Source of the DNA: Eubacteriales bacterium
GTDB taxonomy: Bacteria; Bacillota; Clostridia; Oscillospirales; QAKW01
NCBI GenBank assembly: GCA_045657265.1
Contig: JAZOSU010000001.1
Coordinates: 2,653-66,652 of the forward strand
Length of the DNA: 64,000 bases
Direction of reading: 5' to 3'
A program made the position numbers and the translations under genes. The notes beneath the pieces are model-generated. The model did not search any database. It worked only from the letters and a program-made list of their open reading frames with translations, and had not been told where the DNA came from. Positions 29,092 through 39,760 of this stretch are shown piece by piece. How positions within the stretch are numbered: the first letter of the stretch is position 1; each line of letters starts with the position of its first letter.

Positions 29092-30468
29092 ATGCTCGAA
29101 ATATCATCTAAGACGAATTTATTGGAGCAGGCAACGTACAAATATTCTTTACAGGATGTTGCAGAGCCTAATCTTTACCGTGATATATACAGCTACGACG
29201 ATGTGCCTAAAGTTGCATTCAACCACAGAAGAGTGCCTATGGCAATGCCTGAGGATATATGGATAACAGACACCTCTTTCAGAGACGGTCAGCAGTCTGT
29301 AAATCCTTATACCGTAGATCAGATAGTTGATTTATACAAGCTTATGTCAAAGCTTGGCGGACCGTACGGTATTATCCGTCAGACAGAATTTTTTATATAC
29401 AGTAAAAAAGACAGAGAAGCTATAGAAAGATGTATGGATCTGGGTCTTAAATTTCCCGAGATAACCACCTGGATAAGAGCAAGCAGAGAAGATTTTAAGC
29501 TTGTTAAAGATTTAGGTATCCGCGAAACAGGTATTCTTGTCAGCTGCAGTGATTATCACATCTTCAAAAAACTGAAAATGACAAGAAAACAGGCAATGGA
29601 ACACTACCTTGCAACAGTAAAAGATGCTTTTGAGGCAGGCGTTATGCCAAGATGTCACCTGGAAGATATTACAAGAGCAGATTTTTACGGATTTGTAGTA
29701 CCTTTCGTAAACGAACTTACAAAACTCTCACAGCAGGCAGGTATTCCTGTTAAAATCAGAGCATGTGATACTATGGGTTACGGTGTTCCTTACACCGAAG
29801 TTGCTATTCCACGAAGCGTTGCAGGAATAATCTACGGTCTTCAGCACTATTCGGGTGTGCCCTCAGAACTTCTTGAATGGCACGGACACAACGATTTTTA
29901 CAAAGCTGTTGCAAACGCATCAACTGCGTGGTTATACGGCGCATCTGCAGTTAACTGTTCACTTCTGGGCATCGGTGAAAGAACAGGTAACGTACCTCTT
30001 GAAGCTATGGTATTTGAATATGCTTCATTAAGAGGAAGTCTTGACGGTATGGACCCACAGGCAATAACAGAAATAGCTGAATATTTCAAACATAATATGG
30101 GTTATGACATTCCGCCCATGACACCTTTTGTAGGCAAAAACTTCAACGTGACTCGCGCAGGTATCCACGCTGACGGTCTTCTTAAAGACGAAGAAATATA
30201 CAACATATTTAATACTAAAAAGATTCTTGGCAGACCTGCATCTGTAATGATAAGCAAAACGTCAGGTCTTGCAGGAATTGCTTACTGGATTAATCAAAAC
30301 TACAATCTTACCGAAAGCGAACAGGTAAGTAAAAAAGACTCCCTTGTAATTGCAGTCAAGGAATGGGTTGACAAAGAATACGAAGACGGCAGAACCGCTT
30401 CACTTTCAACCGACGAGTTGGAAGCAAAGATAGAACAGCTGTCAAATGGAAAGCTTAGGAGATTATAA
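29092..30468 (+). CDS. Re-type citrate synthase (homocitrate/isopropylmalate synthase family)
   Basis: HMGL-like aldolase TIM barrel (ITDTSFRDGQQS, HGHND). The call relies on context with aconitase and isocitrate dehydrogenase, as in the clostridial Re-citrate synthase operons. Confidence 0.7.
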   Translation: MLEISSKTNLLEQATYKYSLQDVAEPNLYRDIYSYDDVPKVAFNHRRVPMAMPEDIWITDTSFRDGQQSVNPYTVDQIVDLYKLMSKLGGPYGIIRQTEFFIYSKKDREAIERCMDLGLKFPEITTWIRASREDFKLVKDLGIRETGILVSCSDYHIFKKLKMTRKQAMEHYLATVKDAFEAGVMPRCHLEDITRADFYGFVVPFVNELTKLSQQAGIPVKIRACDTMGYGVPYTEVAIPRSVAGIIYGLQHYSGVPSELLEWHGHNDFYKAVANASTAWLYGASAVNCSLLGIGERTGNVPLEAMVFEYASLRGSLDGMDPQAITEIAEYFKHNMGYDIPPMTPFVGKNFNVTRAGIHADGLLKDEEIYNIFNTKKILGRPASVMISKTSGLAGIAYWINQNYNLTESEQVSKKDSLVIAVKEWVDKEYEDGRTASLSTDELEAKIEQLSNGKLRRL

Positions 30469-30469
30469 A

Positions 30470-31123
30470 ATGATAGAACATAGACCTATATCAATTTCCG
30501 GTCAGGTTTTTGAACAACTTGAACAGGATATACTCAACGGCAAATATGCCCGCGGAGAAATCCTCACCGAGCTTAAACTCACAGAAGCTCTCGGCGTCAG
30601 CCGTACACCTATCAGGGAGGCTCTTCGCCGACTTGAACAGGAACACCTCATTGAAGAAACAAAACGAGGTTCGGTAGTTATAGGCATCTCACCCGATGAT
30701 ATTGAAGATATGTATGAAATAAGAAAATGCCTCGAGGGTGAAGCCGCCAAAAGAGCCGCAATGCGAATAACTGACGAAGAACTGGGAGAAATGCGTGACG
30801 TTCTTGATTTGCAGAAGTATTACGCCGAAAAAACCGATGGTGATAATTCAGATAAAATCAAAGATCTTGATTCTCAGTTTCACGAAATGCTTTACCGTTC
30901 AAGCGGAAGCAACGTACTTGTACAAACTCTTTTACCGATACACAGAAAGCTTATCAAATACCGTAAAGCTTCTGTAAAAAAACACGGCAGAGCAAAAACA
31001 TCAGAGACAGAGCACGAAGCTATTTATCAGGCTCTTCGCGCTCACGATCCTGTTCTTGCCGAAGAACTTACGTTATATCATTTAAATAATGCAAAGAATA
31101 ACATAACCGAAAAGGAGATATAA
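30470..31123 (+). CDS. GntR-family (FadR/FCD subfamily) transcriptional regulator
   Basis: Winged helix (LTEALGVSRTPIREALRRLEQEHLI) plus a helical FCD-like C-terminal domain. ATG 30470 is preceded by AGGAG. Confidence 0.85.
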   Translation: MIEHRPISISGQVFEQLEQDILNGKYARGEILTELKLTEALGVSRTPIREALRRLEQEHLIEETKRGSVVIGISPDDIEDMYEIRKCLEGEAAKRAAMRITDEELGEMRDVLDLQKYYAEKTDGDNSDKIKDLDSQFHEMLYRSSGSNVLVQTLLPIHRKLIKYRKASVKKHGRAKTSETEHEAIYQALRAHDPVLAEELTLYHLNNAKNNITEKEI

Positions 31124-31124
31124 A

Positions 31125-33053
31125 ATGGGACTTACCATAGCACAGAAAATCATTAAATCTCACCTTGTTAGCGGCGAGATGGTAGCAGGTTCGGAAATCG
31201 CCCTGCGTATAGATCAGACACTTACTCAGGATGCAACAGGAACAATGGCATACCTTGAATTTGAGACAATGGGTATTGACAGAGTCAAAACTGAACGTTC
31301 CGTTGCATATATCGACCACAACACACTTCAGTCAGGTTTTGAAAATGCAGACGACCACCGCTACATTCAATCTGTATGTAAAAAACACGGTATCTATTTT
31401 TCACGTCCCGGAAACGGAATATGCCATCAGGTACATCTTGAACGTTTCGGTATCCCCGGCAAAACCCTTATCGGTTCTGACAGTCATACCCCTACAGGCG
31501 GCGGTATAGGAATGCTTGCATTCGGCGCAGGCGGTCTGGACGTTGCAGTTGCCATGGGTGGCGGCGCATATTACATTACAATGCCTAAAATGATTAAAGT
31601 AAATCTTACAGGCAAACTCCGTTCTTTCGTAACAGCAAAAGACGTCAGCCTTGAAATACTCCGCATCTTATCTGTAAAAGGCGGTGTTGGCAACATTATT
31701 GAATGGGGCGGCGAAGGTGTCAAAACACTTTCTGTTCCCGAACGCGCTACTATTACCAATATGGGTACAGAGCTTGGAGCAACAACTTCAATTTTCCCTT
31801 CTGACGAAATTACACGTGAGTTTTTAAAAGCAGAAGGCAGAGAAAACGACTGGGTTGCTCTTGCAAGTGACGACGATGCGCAGTACGACCGTATAATCGA
31901 CATAAATCTTTCAACACTTGAGCCTCTTATTGCAAAACCCCATATGCCCGACAACGTAGTTACCGTTTCAAGTCTCAAAGGTACTAAAGTTGATCAGGTT
32001 TGTATCGGATCATGTACAAACTCATCACTTCTTGATATGCTTAAAGTAGCGGCAATGCTCAAGGGCAAAGTAATTGACCCTTCTGTAAGCCTTTCTATCT
32101 CACCCGGTTCAAAACAGGTATTGTCAATGCTTGCAGACTGCGGCGCTCTTTCGGATATTCTCGCAAGCGGCGCAAGAGTTTTAGAATGTGCATGCGGTCC
32201 TTGTATCGGCATGGGCTTTTCTCCCAATTCAGGCGGTGTAAGCCTTCGTACTTTTAACCGTAACTTTGAGGGAAGAAGCGGTACTGCCGACGGTAAAGTT
32301 TATCTTGTTTCTCCCGAAACTGCAGTTGCAGCCGCTCTCACAGGATATATAACAGATCCTACAACTTTAGACTGCGACATTACAATAGACTTCCCGGAAA
32401 GCTTCAAAATTGATGACAGCGCAGTAATTGCTCCTGCAAATCCGGAAGATGCAAAAGACCTTGAAATTCTCCGCGGACCAAACATCAAAGAATTCCCTGC
32501 AAGCAAGCCCCAGAGCGATTTTCTCAAAGCTCCTCTGGTACTTAAAGTTGAAGACAACATAACAACAGACCATATTATGCCTGCAGGTGCAAAAATACTT
32601 CCTTACCGTTCAAACATTCCTTACCTTTCACAGTTCTGTTTCGGTGTTTGTGACAAAACTTTTCCCGAAAGAGCAAAACAGGCAGGTCAGAGCATTATCG
32701 TAGGCGGTGCCAACTACGGTCAGGGTTCTTCAAGAGAACACGCAGCTCTCGTTCCGCTTTATCTCGGAATAAGAGCAGTTATAACAAAAAGCTTTGCAAG
32801 AATACACGTTGCAAATCTTATAAACGCAGGTATTATGCCTCTTACATTCAAAAATGCCGATGATTATGACAAGCTTTCTCAGAATGATATGCTTTCAATA
32901 GACGGTGTTTTTGAGGGAATGGAAAAAGGTGAGATGATACTTGTCAACGAAACAACAGGCGACAGAATTCCGCTTGTGTGCAACTTCACACAGAGACAAA
33001 AAGATATTTTAAAAGCCGGCGGACTTTTAAGTTACACTAAAATTAATGGATAA
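31125..33053 (+). CDS. acn: aconitate hydratase
   Basis: 642 aa. Fe-S cluster ligand regions GSDSHT, IGSCTNS and CGPCIG, plus a swivel domain (GGANYGQGSSREHAA). Confidence 0.9.
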   Translation: MGLTIAQKIIKSHLVSGEMVAGSEIALRIDQTLTQDATGTMAYLEFETMGIDRVKTERSVAYIDHNTLQSGFENADDHRYIQSVCKKHGIYFSRPGNGICHQVHLERFGIPGKTLIGSDSHTPTGGGIGMLAFGAGGLDVAVAMGGGAYYITMPKMIKVNLTGKLRSFVTAKDVSLEILRILSVKGGVGNIIEWGGEGVKTLSVPERATITNMGTELGATTSIFPSDEITREFLKAEGRENDWVALASDDDAQYDRIIDINLSTLEPLIAKPHMPDNVVTVSSLKGTKVDQVCIGSCTNSSLLDMLKVAAMLKGKVIDPSVSLSISPGSKQVLSMLADCGALSDILASGARVLECACGPCIGMGFSPNSGGVSLRTFNRNFEGRSGTADGKVYLVSPETAVAAALTGYITDPTTLDCDITIDFPESFKIDDSAVIAPANPEDAKDLEILRGPNIKEFPASKPQSDFLKAPLVLKVEDNITTDHIMPAGAKILPYRSNIPYLSQFCFGVCDKTFPERAKQAGQSIIVGGANYGQGSSREHAALVPLYLGIRAVITKSFARIHVANLINAGIMPLTFKNADDYDKLSQNDMLSIDGVFEGMEKGEMILVNETTGDRIPLVCNFTQRQKDILKAGGLLSYTKING

Positions 33054-33065
33054 GGAGAAAAGACA

Positions 33066-34217
33066 ATGCAGAAATATATAGACAGCGCAGTAGAACAGTT
33101 CAGAACACTTATTACCGAGCAGCTTGAAAGACAGAATGAAATGGAAAAAGGTGCGGCAGTAAAAGATTTTGCAAACGCAGATAAAATTGTTATAGGTGTT
33201 TGCGGCGGTGACGGCATAGGTCCGATTATTTCAGCTGCTTCACAAAGAGTACTTGAATACCTTCTTGCCGACGAAATAAAAGAAGGCAAAATCGAAATGA
33301 AGGTTATCGACGGACTTACCATCGAAAACCGTGAAGCTTGTAAAAAAGCAATTCCCGATGACGTACTTGCAGAGCTTAAAAAATGTGACGTTATCCTTAA
33401 AGGACCTACAACCACACCAAAAGGCGGTACAATGGAAAGTGCCAACGTTGCAATGAGACGTGAGCTTGATCTTTATGCCAACGTAAGACCTGTAAGCGTA
33501 CCTGAACTGGGAATTGACTGGACATTCTACCGTGAAAACACAGAGGGTGAATACGTTCTCGGAAGCAGAGGCGTTGAAATCCCAAACAAACTTGCAATGG
33601 ATTTCAAAGTTACAACAGATGCAGGTACAAAAAGAATTGCAAGAGCCGCTTTTGAATATGCAAAAAACAACGGCAAAGACAACGTTGCAATCGTAACCAA
33701 AGCCAATATTATGAAAAAGACTGACGGTAAGTTTTCAGAGCTTTGCCACGAGGTCGCAAAAGATTATCCCGACATTACTGCAGATGACTGGTACATTGAC
33801 ATAATGACCGCTAATCTCATTAATGAAAACAACCGTTCAAAGTTTCAGGTATTTGTTCTGCCTAATCTTTACGGTGACATTATTACAGACGAAGCCGCTC
33901 AGATTCAAGGCGGCGTAGGCACCGCAGGTTCTGCAAACATCGGTGACAAATACGCTATGTTTGAAGCTATCCACGGTTCTGCTCCCAGAATGATAGAGCG
34001 CGGTGACGGTGATTATGCGAATCCTTCAAGTATGCTTAAAGCTTCCGAAATGCTTTTACGTCATATTGCAAAAGCAGATAAAGCTGACAGACTGGCAAAA
34101 GCTATGCGAATTTGTCTTGAAACAGAGAAAAAACTTGTTATTACCGGCAGAAACACAGGCGCTTCCTGTAACGAATTTGCTGATTATGTAATGGAAACTC
34201 TTGACGGAATAGAATAA
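33066..34217 (+). CDS. icd: isocitrate dehydrogenase (isocitrate/isopropylmalate dehydrogenase family)
   Basis: 383 aa. NLYGDIITDEAAQIQGGVG and RENTEGEY motifs. Confidence 0.85.
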   Translation: MQKYIDSAVEQFRTLITEQLERQNEMEKGAAVKDFANADKIVIGVCGGDGIGPIISAASQRVLEYLLADEIKEGKIEMKVIDGLTIENREACKKAIPDDVLAELKKCDVILKGPTTTPKGGTMESANVAMRRELDLYANVRPVSVPELGIDWTFYRENTEGEYVLGSRGVEIPNKLAMDFKVTTDAGTKRIARAAFEYAKNNGKDNVAIVTKANIMKKTDGKFSELCHEVAKDYPDITADDWYIDIMTANLINENNRSKFQVFVLPNLYGDIITDEAAQIQGGVGTAGSANIGDKYAMFEAIHGSAPRMIERGDGDYANPSSMLKASEMLLRHIAKADKADRLAKAMRICLETEKKLVITGRNTGASCNEFADYVMETLDGIE

Positions 34218-34263
34218 TTTTTATATAATGTTAGGAAAATTATAAATTTCGGAGAAAAACAAA

Positions 34264-35667
34264 ATGAACAATACGGAAAAGACAATGGAGAAAATCGTTG
34301 CCCTTTGTAAAAACAGAGGTTTTGTTTATGCAGGCAGCGAAATATACGGCGGTCTTGCTAACAGCTGGGACTACGGTCCTTTAGGTGTTGAACTCAAAAA
34401 CAACGTAAAACGTGCGTGGTGGAAAAAATTCGTTCAGGAATGCCCACACAACGTAGGTCTTGACAGTGCAATTATTATGAACCCTGAAACATGGGTTGCA
34501 TCAGGACATCTTGGCAGCTTTTCTGATCCACTTATGGACTGTAAAGTTTGTAAAGCGCGTCACAGAGCAGATAAACTTATCGAAGACTATGTTGCACAGA
34601 ATAATCTTTCGGACAACCCTGCAGGCTGGACTGATGAAAAAATGCTTGAATACATCAAAGAAAACGGCATTTCATGTCCTTCTTGCGGATCAAATGATTT
34701 TACAGATATACGTAAATTCAATCTTATGTTCAAAACGTTCCAGGGCGTAACAGAAGATTCAAAATCAACTCTTTATCTTCGTCCTGAAACCGCTCAGGGT
34801 ATTTTTGTAAACTTCAAAAACATTCAGCGTACAACACGTAAAAAAGTTCCTTTCGGTGTTTGCCAGATAGGTAAATCATTCCGAAATGAAATCACTCCCG
34901 GTAACTTTACATTCCGTACACGTGAGTTTGAACAGATGGAACTTGAATTTTTCTGCAAACCCGGTACAGACCTTGAATGGTTTGAGTTCTGGAGAGCATA
35001 TTGCCGCGATTGGCTTTTAGGTCTCAATATGAAACAGGAAAATCTCCGTCTTCGTGACCACGATCCCGAAGAACTTTCATTCTATTCCAAAGCTACTACC
35101 GACTTTGAGTTTATGTTCCCGTTCGGTTGGGGCGAACTCTGGGGTATTGCTGACAGAACAGACTACGACCTTACACAGCACGCTAATCACTCACACGAGC
35201 CTATGGAATATTTCGATCCCGAAACAAACGAGAAATATGTTCCTTACGTTGTTGAGCCGTCACTTGGCGCAGACCGTGTTGTTCTTGCTTTCCTTTGCGA
35301 AGCATACGACGAAGAAAACATTTCAAAAGATCCCGATAAAGAAGATATCCGTATAGTAATGCATTTCCATCCTGCACTTGCGCCTTACAAAGCAGCTATA
35401 CTTCCTCTTTCTAAAAAGCTTTCAGATAAAGCATCAGAAATTTATAACGACCTTGCAAAAGAATTCAGCGTTGAGTTTGACGATGCAGGTTCTATCGGTA
35501 AACGTTATCGCCGTCAGGACGAAATCGGTACACCTCTTTGTATCACTTACGACTTTGAAAGTGAAGAAGACGGATGTGTTACCGTTCGTGACAGAGATAC
35601 AATGGTTCAGGAACGTGTTAAAATCGAAGACCTTAAAGATTACATCGCAGCAAAAATTAAGTTTTAA
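34264..35667 (+). CDS. glyQS: glycine--tRNA ligase (homodimeric type)
   Basis: 467 aa class II aa[24 protein letters not shown] and GADR motifs. Confidence 0.95.
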   Translation: MNNTEKTMEKIVALCKNRGFVYAGSEIYGGLANSWDYGPLGVELKNNVKRAWWKKFVQECPHNVGLDSAIIMNPETWVASGHLGSFSDPLMDCKVCKARHRADKLIEDYVAQNNLSDNPAGWTDEKMLEYIKENGISCPSCGSNDFTDIRKFNLMFKTFQGVTEDSKSTLYLRPETAQGIFVNFKNIQRTTRKKVPFGVCQIGKSFRNEITPGNFTFRTREFEQMELEFFCKPGTDLEWFEFWRAYCRDWLLGLNMKQENLRLRDHDPEELSFYSKATTDFEFMFPFGWGELWGIADRTDYDLTQHANHSHEPMEYFDPETNEKYVPYVVEPSLGADRVVLAFLCEAYDEENISKDPDKEDIRIVMHFHPALAPYKAAILPLSKKLSDKASEIYNDLAKEFSVEFDDAGSIGKRYRRQDEIGTPLCITYDFESEEDGCVTVRDRDTMVQERVKIEDLKDYIAAKIKF

Positions 35668-35676
35668 AAATTTTTG

Positions 35677-35705
35677 TTGACAAAAGGCAGAAGATTATAT
35701 ATAAT
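35677..35705 (+). promoter_or_regulatory. consensus sigma-A promoter of rpmH
   Basis: TTGACA (35677-35682), 17 nt spacer, TATAAT (35700-35705). Confidence 0.6.
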
Positions 35706-35764
35706 ATCAAATGCTAATTGAATGATGATGGGATTTTACCCAATTTTATAAGGAGGGAAAAATA

Positions 35765-35899
35765 ATGGTTCGTACTTATCAGCCTAAAAAAAGACAGAGA
35801 AGCAAAGTTCACGGCTTCAGAAAAAGAATGAGAACAGCTAACGGCAGAAAAGTCTTAGCAAGAAGACGTGCAAAGGGCAGAGTAAGATTAACTCACTAA
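35765..35899 (+). CDS. rpmH: 50S ribosomal protein L34
   Basis: A 44-codon ORF below the ORF-track cutoff: [53 protein letters not shown]. Confidence 0.95.
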   Translation: MVRTYQPKKRQRSKVHGFRKRMRTANGRKVLARRRAKGRVRLTH

Positions 35900-35954
35900 A
35901 TAACAGAGGGGCTCTATCATAGGAGTCCCTTTTTGTTTAATTGCAGGTAACAAA

Positions 35955-36275
35955 ATGAAAATCGACAGTGTCAAAGAAAACGTAACATTCAGAAGAGCGT
36001 ATCATAAAGGACGGGCGGTACATACGCCTGTTATGAGTATATATCTGCTTCGCAACCAACAGGGCAAAATGCGTCTTGGCATAACTGTTTCAAAAAAAAT
36101 AGGATGTTCTCCTGTTCGAAACCGTATAAGACGTATAATTCGTGCCGCGTTTTATAACTGCAGGGATATACTTCCTGATAACAGAGATATTATAGTTGTT
36201 GCACGTTCTTCAATAAAAGACCTTAAAAGTACAGATGTTGAAAAAGAGCTTCGTATTCATTTCGGTAATAATTAA
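35955..36275 (+). CDS. rnpA: ribonuclease P protein component
   Basis: 106 aa basic protein with the RNR motif region (VRNRIRRIIR), directly after rpmH. Confidence 0.9.
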   Translation: MKIDSVKENVTFRRAYHKGRAVHTPVMSIYLLRNQQGKMRLGITVSKKIGCSPVRNRIRRIIRAAFYNCRDILPDNRDIIVVARSSIKDLKSTDVEKELRIHFGNN

Positions 36276-36525
36276 ATATATAAGGAAACTTTTTCTTTTG
36301 CCTGTGCTGTTTTATCAGAAATTTATTTCACCTGCATTTCCTGCCAGATGCAAATTTTACCCCACCTGCTCTCAATATGCAGTAACAGCAATTAAAAGAT
36401 ACGGTATAATAATCGGCTCCGTTCTTGCCATATGGCGTATTTTACGTTGTAATCCATGGTCAAAAGGCGGAATTGACCCTGTGCCGGAACATCTTTTTAA
36501 AAATAACTTCAAAAGGAGAAAATAA
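36235..36525 (+). CDS. yidD: membrane protein insertion efficiency factor YidD
   Basis: YQKFISP...CKFYPTCSQYA...RCNPW signature. The start is uncertain: an in-frame TTG at 36298 after AAGGAAA would give a typical 75 aa product and avoid the overlap with rnpA. Confidence 0.85.
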   Translation: MLKKSFVFISVIIKYIRKLFLLPVLFYQKFISPAFPARCKFYPTCSQYAVTAIKRYGIIIGSVLAIWRILRCNPWSKGGIDPVPEHLFKNNFKRRK

Positions 36526-36527
36526 AT

Positions 36528-37550
36528 ATGTGGAATCTTCTTGTAACGCCTTTCGGTTACATTATGCGTTTTTGTTACGGACTGTTTAACAGTTACGGCA
36601 TAGCGCTTTTTCTATACGCTATCATTACTAAAATAATTCTTTTGCCTCTTTCAATAAAACAGCAAAAGTCACAGCTCAGTATGATAAGGCTCCGTCCGTA
36701 TCAGGAAGAGCTTATGAAAAAATACGGCGGTAACAAACAGAAATATCAGCAGGAACTTATGAATTTGTATCAGCGCGAGGGTTATAACCCTACTGCAAGC
36801 TGTCTCCCCACTTTCATACAGCTCCCTGTAATTATGCTTATTTATACCATCGTGCGCCGTCCTTTGACATACCTTGCAGGTTTTTCTCTTACAGAGATAT
36901 GGACAAAAATGCAGCCATACGTTGATACAGTTTGCAAAGGCGCAACAAAAGAAAACTTCCATCAATTTGAGCTCCAGTTATTCTCTGCGCTTTCAAATGC
37001 AGGAGAAATTGATATAAATGCAAAATTTCTCGGAATTTTTGACCTTGCATCAAAACCCTCTCAGTTTTTACAAGACGGTAAATTCTGGCTTATCCTTATA
37101 CCTATTCTTGCAGGTGCTACATCTTATCTTACAAGCTGGATTTCCCAGAAACTCAATCCTTCGATGGCAGACCCGTCAACACAGGGTTCAATGAAAATGA
37201 TGAACATAATGATGCCCCTTATCTCAGTATGGTTTTCATGGAGCTACACATCAGCTCTCGGTCTTTACTGGATAGCATCAAACATTGTAGCTATCGGTCA
37301 GATATTCCTTCTTAATAAAATGTATTCCCCTGCCAAAGCTCTGCAGGAAGTACAGGACAAAATTCAGCGTGAAAAAGATGCCGAAAAAGAAAAACGCAGA
37401 CTTGCCGCTGAAAAACGCGCTCTTGCCGGAAGCAAAAACAGCAAGAAAAAACGCGCTATGAATGCACAGTACGCCGCATCTGAGAAAAAATCAGAAGAAG
37501 GCGTTATTGATACTGAAAATAAACAGGAGACAAACGAAAATGGCAATTAA
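36528..37550 (+). CDS. yidC: YidC/Oxa1 family membrane insertase
   Basis: Polytopic protein with conserved PLSIKQQKS, GYNP and CLP segments and a basic C-terminal tail. Confidence 0.9.
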   Translation: MWNLLVTPFGYIMRFCYGLFNSYGIALFLYAIITKIILLPLSIKQQKSQLSMIRLRPYQEELMKKYGGNKQKYQQELMNLYQREGYNPTASCLPTFIQLPVIMLIYTIVRRPLTYLAGFSLTEIWTKMQPYVDTVCKGATKENFHQFELQLFSALSNAGEIDINAKFLGIFDLASKPSQFLQDGKFWLILIPILAGATSYLTSWISQKLNPSMADPSTQGSMKMMNIMMPLISVWFSWSYTSALGLYWIASNIVAIGQIFLLNKMYSPAKALQEVQDKIQREKDAEKEKRRLAAEKRALAGSKNSKKKRAMNAQYAASEKKSEEGVIDTENKQETNENGN

Positions 37551-38328
37551 AGAATTCTTTTTCGAGGGCAAAACCATTGATGCCGCTCTCGAAGCCGCAG
37601 CCGCACAGTTTGGCGAGGACAAAGACCTTTTGAGTTATGAACTTATCCAGGCTGCAACAAAAGGCATTTTCGGCTTAGGCGCAACTCCCGCAAAAATCAA
37701 AATTGAGCGTGAAGTTGAAGACGAAAAACCTATCGAAAAACCACAGATGCCTAAATTTGAACCGGAGAAAATCTCCAAAAAACAGAAACCTGCAAAAGCT
37801 GAAAAGCCTGTAGCAGAAAAGAAAGAAAAATCGGATCCTATCATAATTGAAAGAAAACTTTCACCGGTAGACGAAAATGACGAAAACGTTCAGAAAATCA
37901 AGGACTTTATTTTAGGTCTTCTTGAAAAACTTGAAATCGAAGACGGAAGCGTTACCGTAAACCTTGACGAAAACGGTGATTATTTTGTTGACGTTGCAGG
38001 TTCTAAAATGGGCGTTGTAATCGGAAGACGCGGTGAAACCCTTGATGCTGTTCAGTATCTTACAAACCTTGTTGTAACACGCGGTCTTGACAAAAAAGTT
38101 GTTCTTGACAGTGAAAACTACAGGGCAAAAAGAATTACTACAATAGTAAATCTTGCAAACAAAACAGCAGACAAAGCAATCAAATACAAAAAGAACCAGT
38201 CCCTTGAGCCTATGAGCGCTTATGAAAGAAGAATCATTCATACAGCTCTTGCAGACAGGGAGAATATTTCAACCTATTCTGTAGGCACAGAGCCAAAAAG
38301 AAAAGTTGTTATTTCTTATAAAGGTTAA
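37540..38328 (+). CDS. jag: Jag/SpoIIIJ-associated RNA-binding protein (KH + R3H)
   Basis: Starts MAIKEFFFEGKTIDAALEAAA (Jag N-terminal domain). KH domain (IGRRGETLDAVQYL) and R3H domain (ERRIIHTAL). The ORF-track start at 37462 lies inside yidC. Confidence 0.85.
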   Translation: MAIKEFFFEGKTIDAALEAAAAQFGEDKDLLSYELIQAATKGIFGLGATPAKIKIEREVEDEKPIEKPQMPKFEPEKISKKQKPAKAEKPVAEKKEKSDPIIIERKLSPVDENDENVQKIKDFILGLLEKLEIEDGSVTVNLDENGDYFVDVAGSKMGVVIGRRGETLDAVQYLTNLVVTRGLDKKVVLDSENYRAKRITTIVNLANKTADKAIKYKKNQSLEPMSAYERRIIHTALADRENISTYSVGTEPKRKVVISYKG

Positions 38329-38333
38329 TAAAA

Positions 38334-38367
38334 ACGGGGAAAGGGGATTACTTTTCCCCGTTTTTTT
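38334..38367 (+). terminator. intrinsic terminator or attenuator after jag
   Basis: ACGGGGAAA/TTTCCCCGT stem followed by T7. Confidence 0.6.
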
Positions 38368-38384
38368 GAAAGGAACCGACATAA

Positions 38385-39746
38385 ATGGATACTATTTGTG
38401 CTATCGCAACAGCCAGAGCCGCATCTGCTATCGGAGTAATCAGAGTCAGCGGACCGAATGCTATTGAAATATGCGATAAAATTATAAAACTTAAAAAAGG
38501 TACTCTTTCTGAAAGCAAAACAGGCGCTATGCGTCTTGCAAGAGTTACTGACGGCAAAACTGATATTGATGAGGTTTTGTGCGTTGTATTCAATGCCCCT
38601 GCTTCATATACAGGAGAAAATATGGTGGAAATAAACTGCCACGGCGGTGTTTCTATCATTGACAGAGTAATGAAACTGCTTATAAAAAACGGCGCCCGCA
38701 CAGCAAGTGGCGGTGAGTTTACAAAACGTGCGTTCTTAAACGGAAAAGTAGATCTCATTCAGGCAGAAGCCGTATGTGACCTTATTAATTCAACCTCAGC
38801 CCTTGATGCGTCTTTGGCTCTTGACCGTATGTCAGGAAGACTGTCAAAATGTTTCAATGAGATTTTTGAAAGTCTTACCTCTCTGAACACAGACATTCTT
38901 GCTTATATTGACTTTCCCGATGAAGGACTTGTTGACGTTGAAGACAAAACTGTGCTTGATACCCTGAAATCTATTGAACAAAAACTTGAAAAACTTGAAA
39001 AGAGTTTTGAAATAGGTTCAATTATCAAAGAAGGCGCAAAAACAATTATTTTAGGTGCGCCAAACGTTGGAAAAAGCACTCTTCTCAACGCGATTCTCGG
39101 TTATGACAGAGCTATTGTATCAAGTACCGCAGGTACAACACGAGATATGGTATCTGAAAAAGCAATTATGGGCGGTGTTACATTAAATCTTTGCGATACT
39201 GCAGGAATAAGAAGTAAAGCAGAAGAAATAGAAAAAATAGGTATTGATATTGCCACAAAATCCCTTGAAGATGCAGACCTTGTTTTTGTCGTGTTTGACA
39301 GTTCAAGAGCTCTTTCGGATGACGATATGAATATAGTTTCTCTTGCGAAAAATAAAAACGCAATAGCCATAATAAACAAATCCGACCTGACACAAAAAAT
39401 TGACAGAACGTATATAGAAGATAATTTTGTACACGTAGTTGATATATCTGCATCCAAAAATTTGGGTGTTGACAAAATAGCGGACATTGTGAGACAATTA
39501 TTCTTAGGCGGAGACATTTCTGTAGAAAACAGTATGCTTATAACTAATTCAAGACATTTTGAAAGAGTTGTCAAAGCCCGTGAAAAAACTCAGATGGCAA
39601 TTTCAACTATTGAAAACGGATTTACTCCTGACCTTGCAAGTATTGATATTACCGAAGCGGCAAGTGAAATAGGTCAGATTACCGGTATGAGCGTTGCAGA
39701 AAAAATTATTGATGATATTTTTGCAAAGTTCTGCGTAGGAAAATAA
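38385..39746 (+). CDS. mnmE: tRNA modification GTPase MnmE
   Basis: MDTICAIATA start, G domain GAPNVGKST / DTAG / NKSD, and the C-terminal CVGK motif. Confidence 0.95.
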   Translation: MDTICAIATARAASAIGVIRVSGPNAIEICDKIIKLKKGTLSESKTGAMRLARVTDGKTDIDEVLCVVFNAPASYTGENMVEINCHGGVSIIDRVMKLLIKNGARTASGGEFTKRAFLNGKVDLIQAEAVCDLINSTSALDASLALDRMSGRLSKCFNEIFESLTSLNTDILAYIDFPDEGLVDVEDKTVLDTLKSIEQKLEKLEKSFEIGSIIKEGAKTIILGAPNVGKSTLLNAILGYDRAIVSSTAGTTRDMVSEKAIMGGVTLNLCDTAGIRSKAEEIEKIGIDIATKSLEDADLVFVVFDSSRALSDDDMNIVSLAKNKNAIAIINKSDLTQKIDRTYIEDNFVHVVDISASKNLGVDKIADIVRQLFLGGDISVENSMLITNSRHFERVVKAREKTQMAISTIENGFTPDLASIDITEAASEIGQITGMSVAEKIIDDIFAKFCVGK

Positions 39747-39760
39747 TGAGGTGATTTAAA

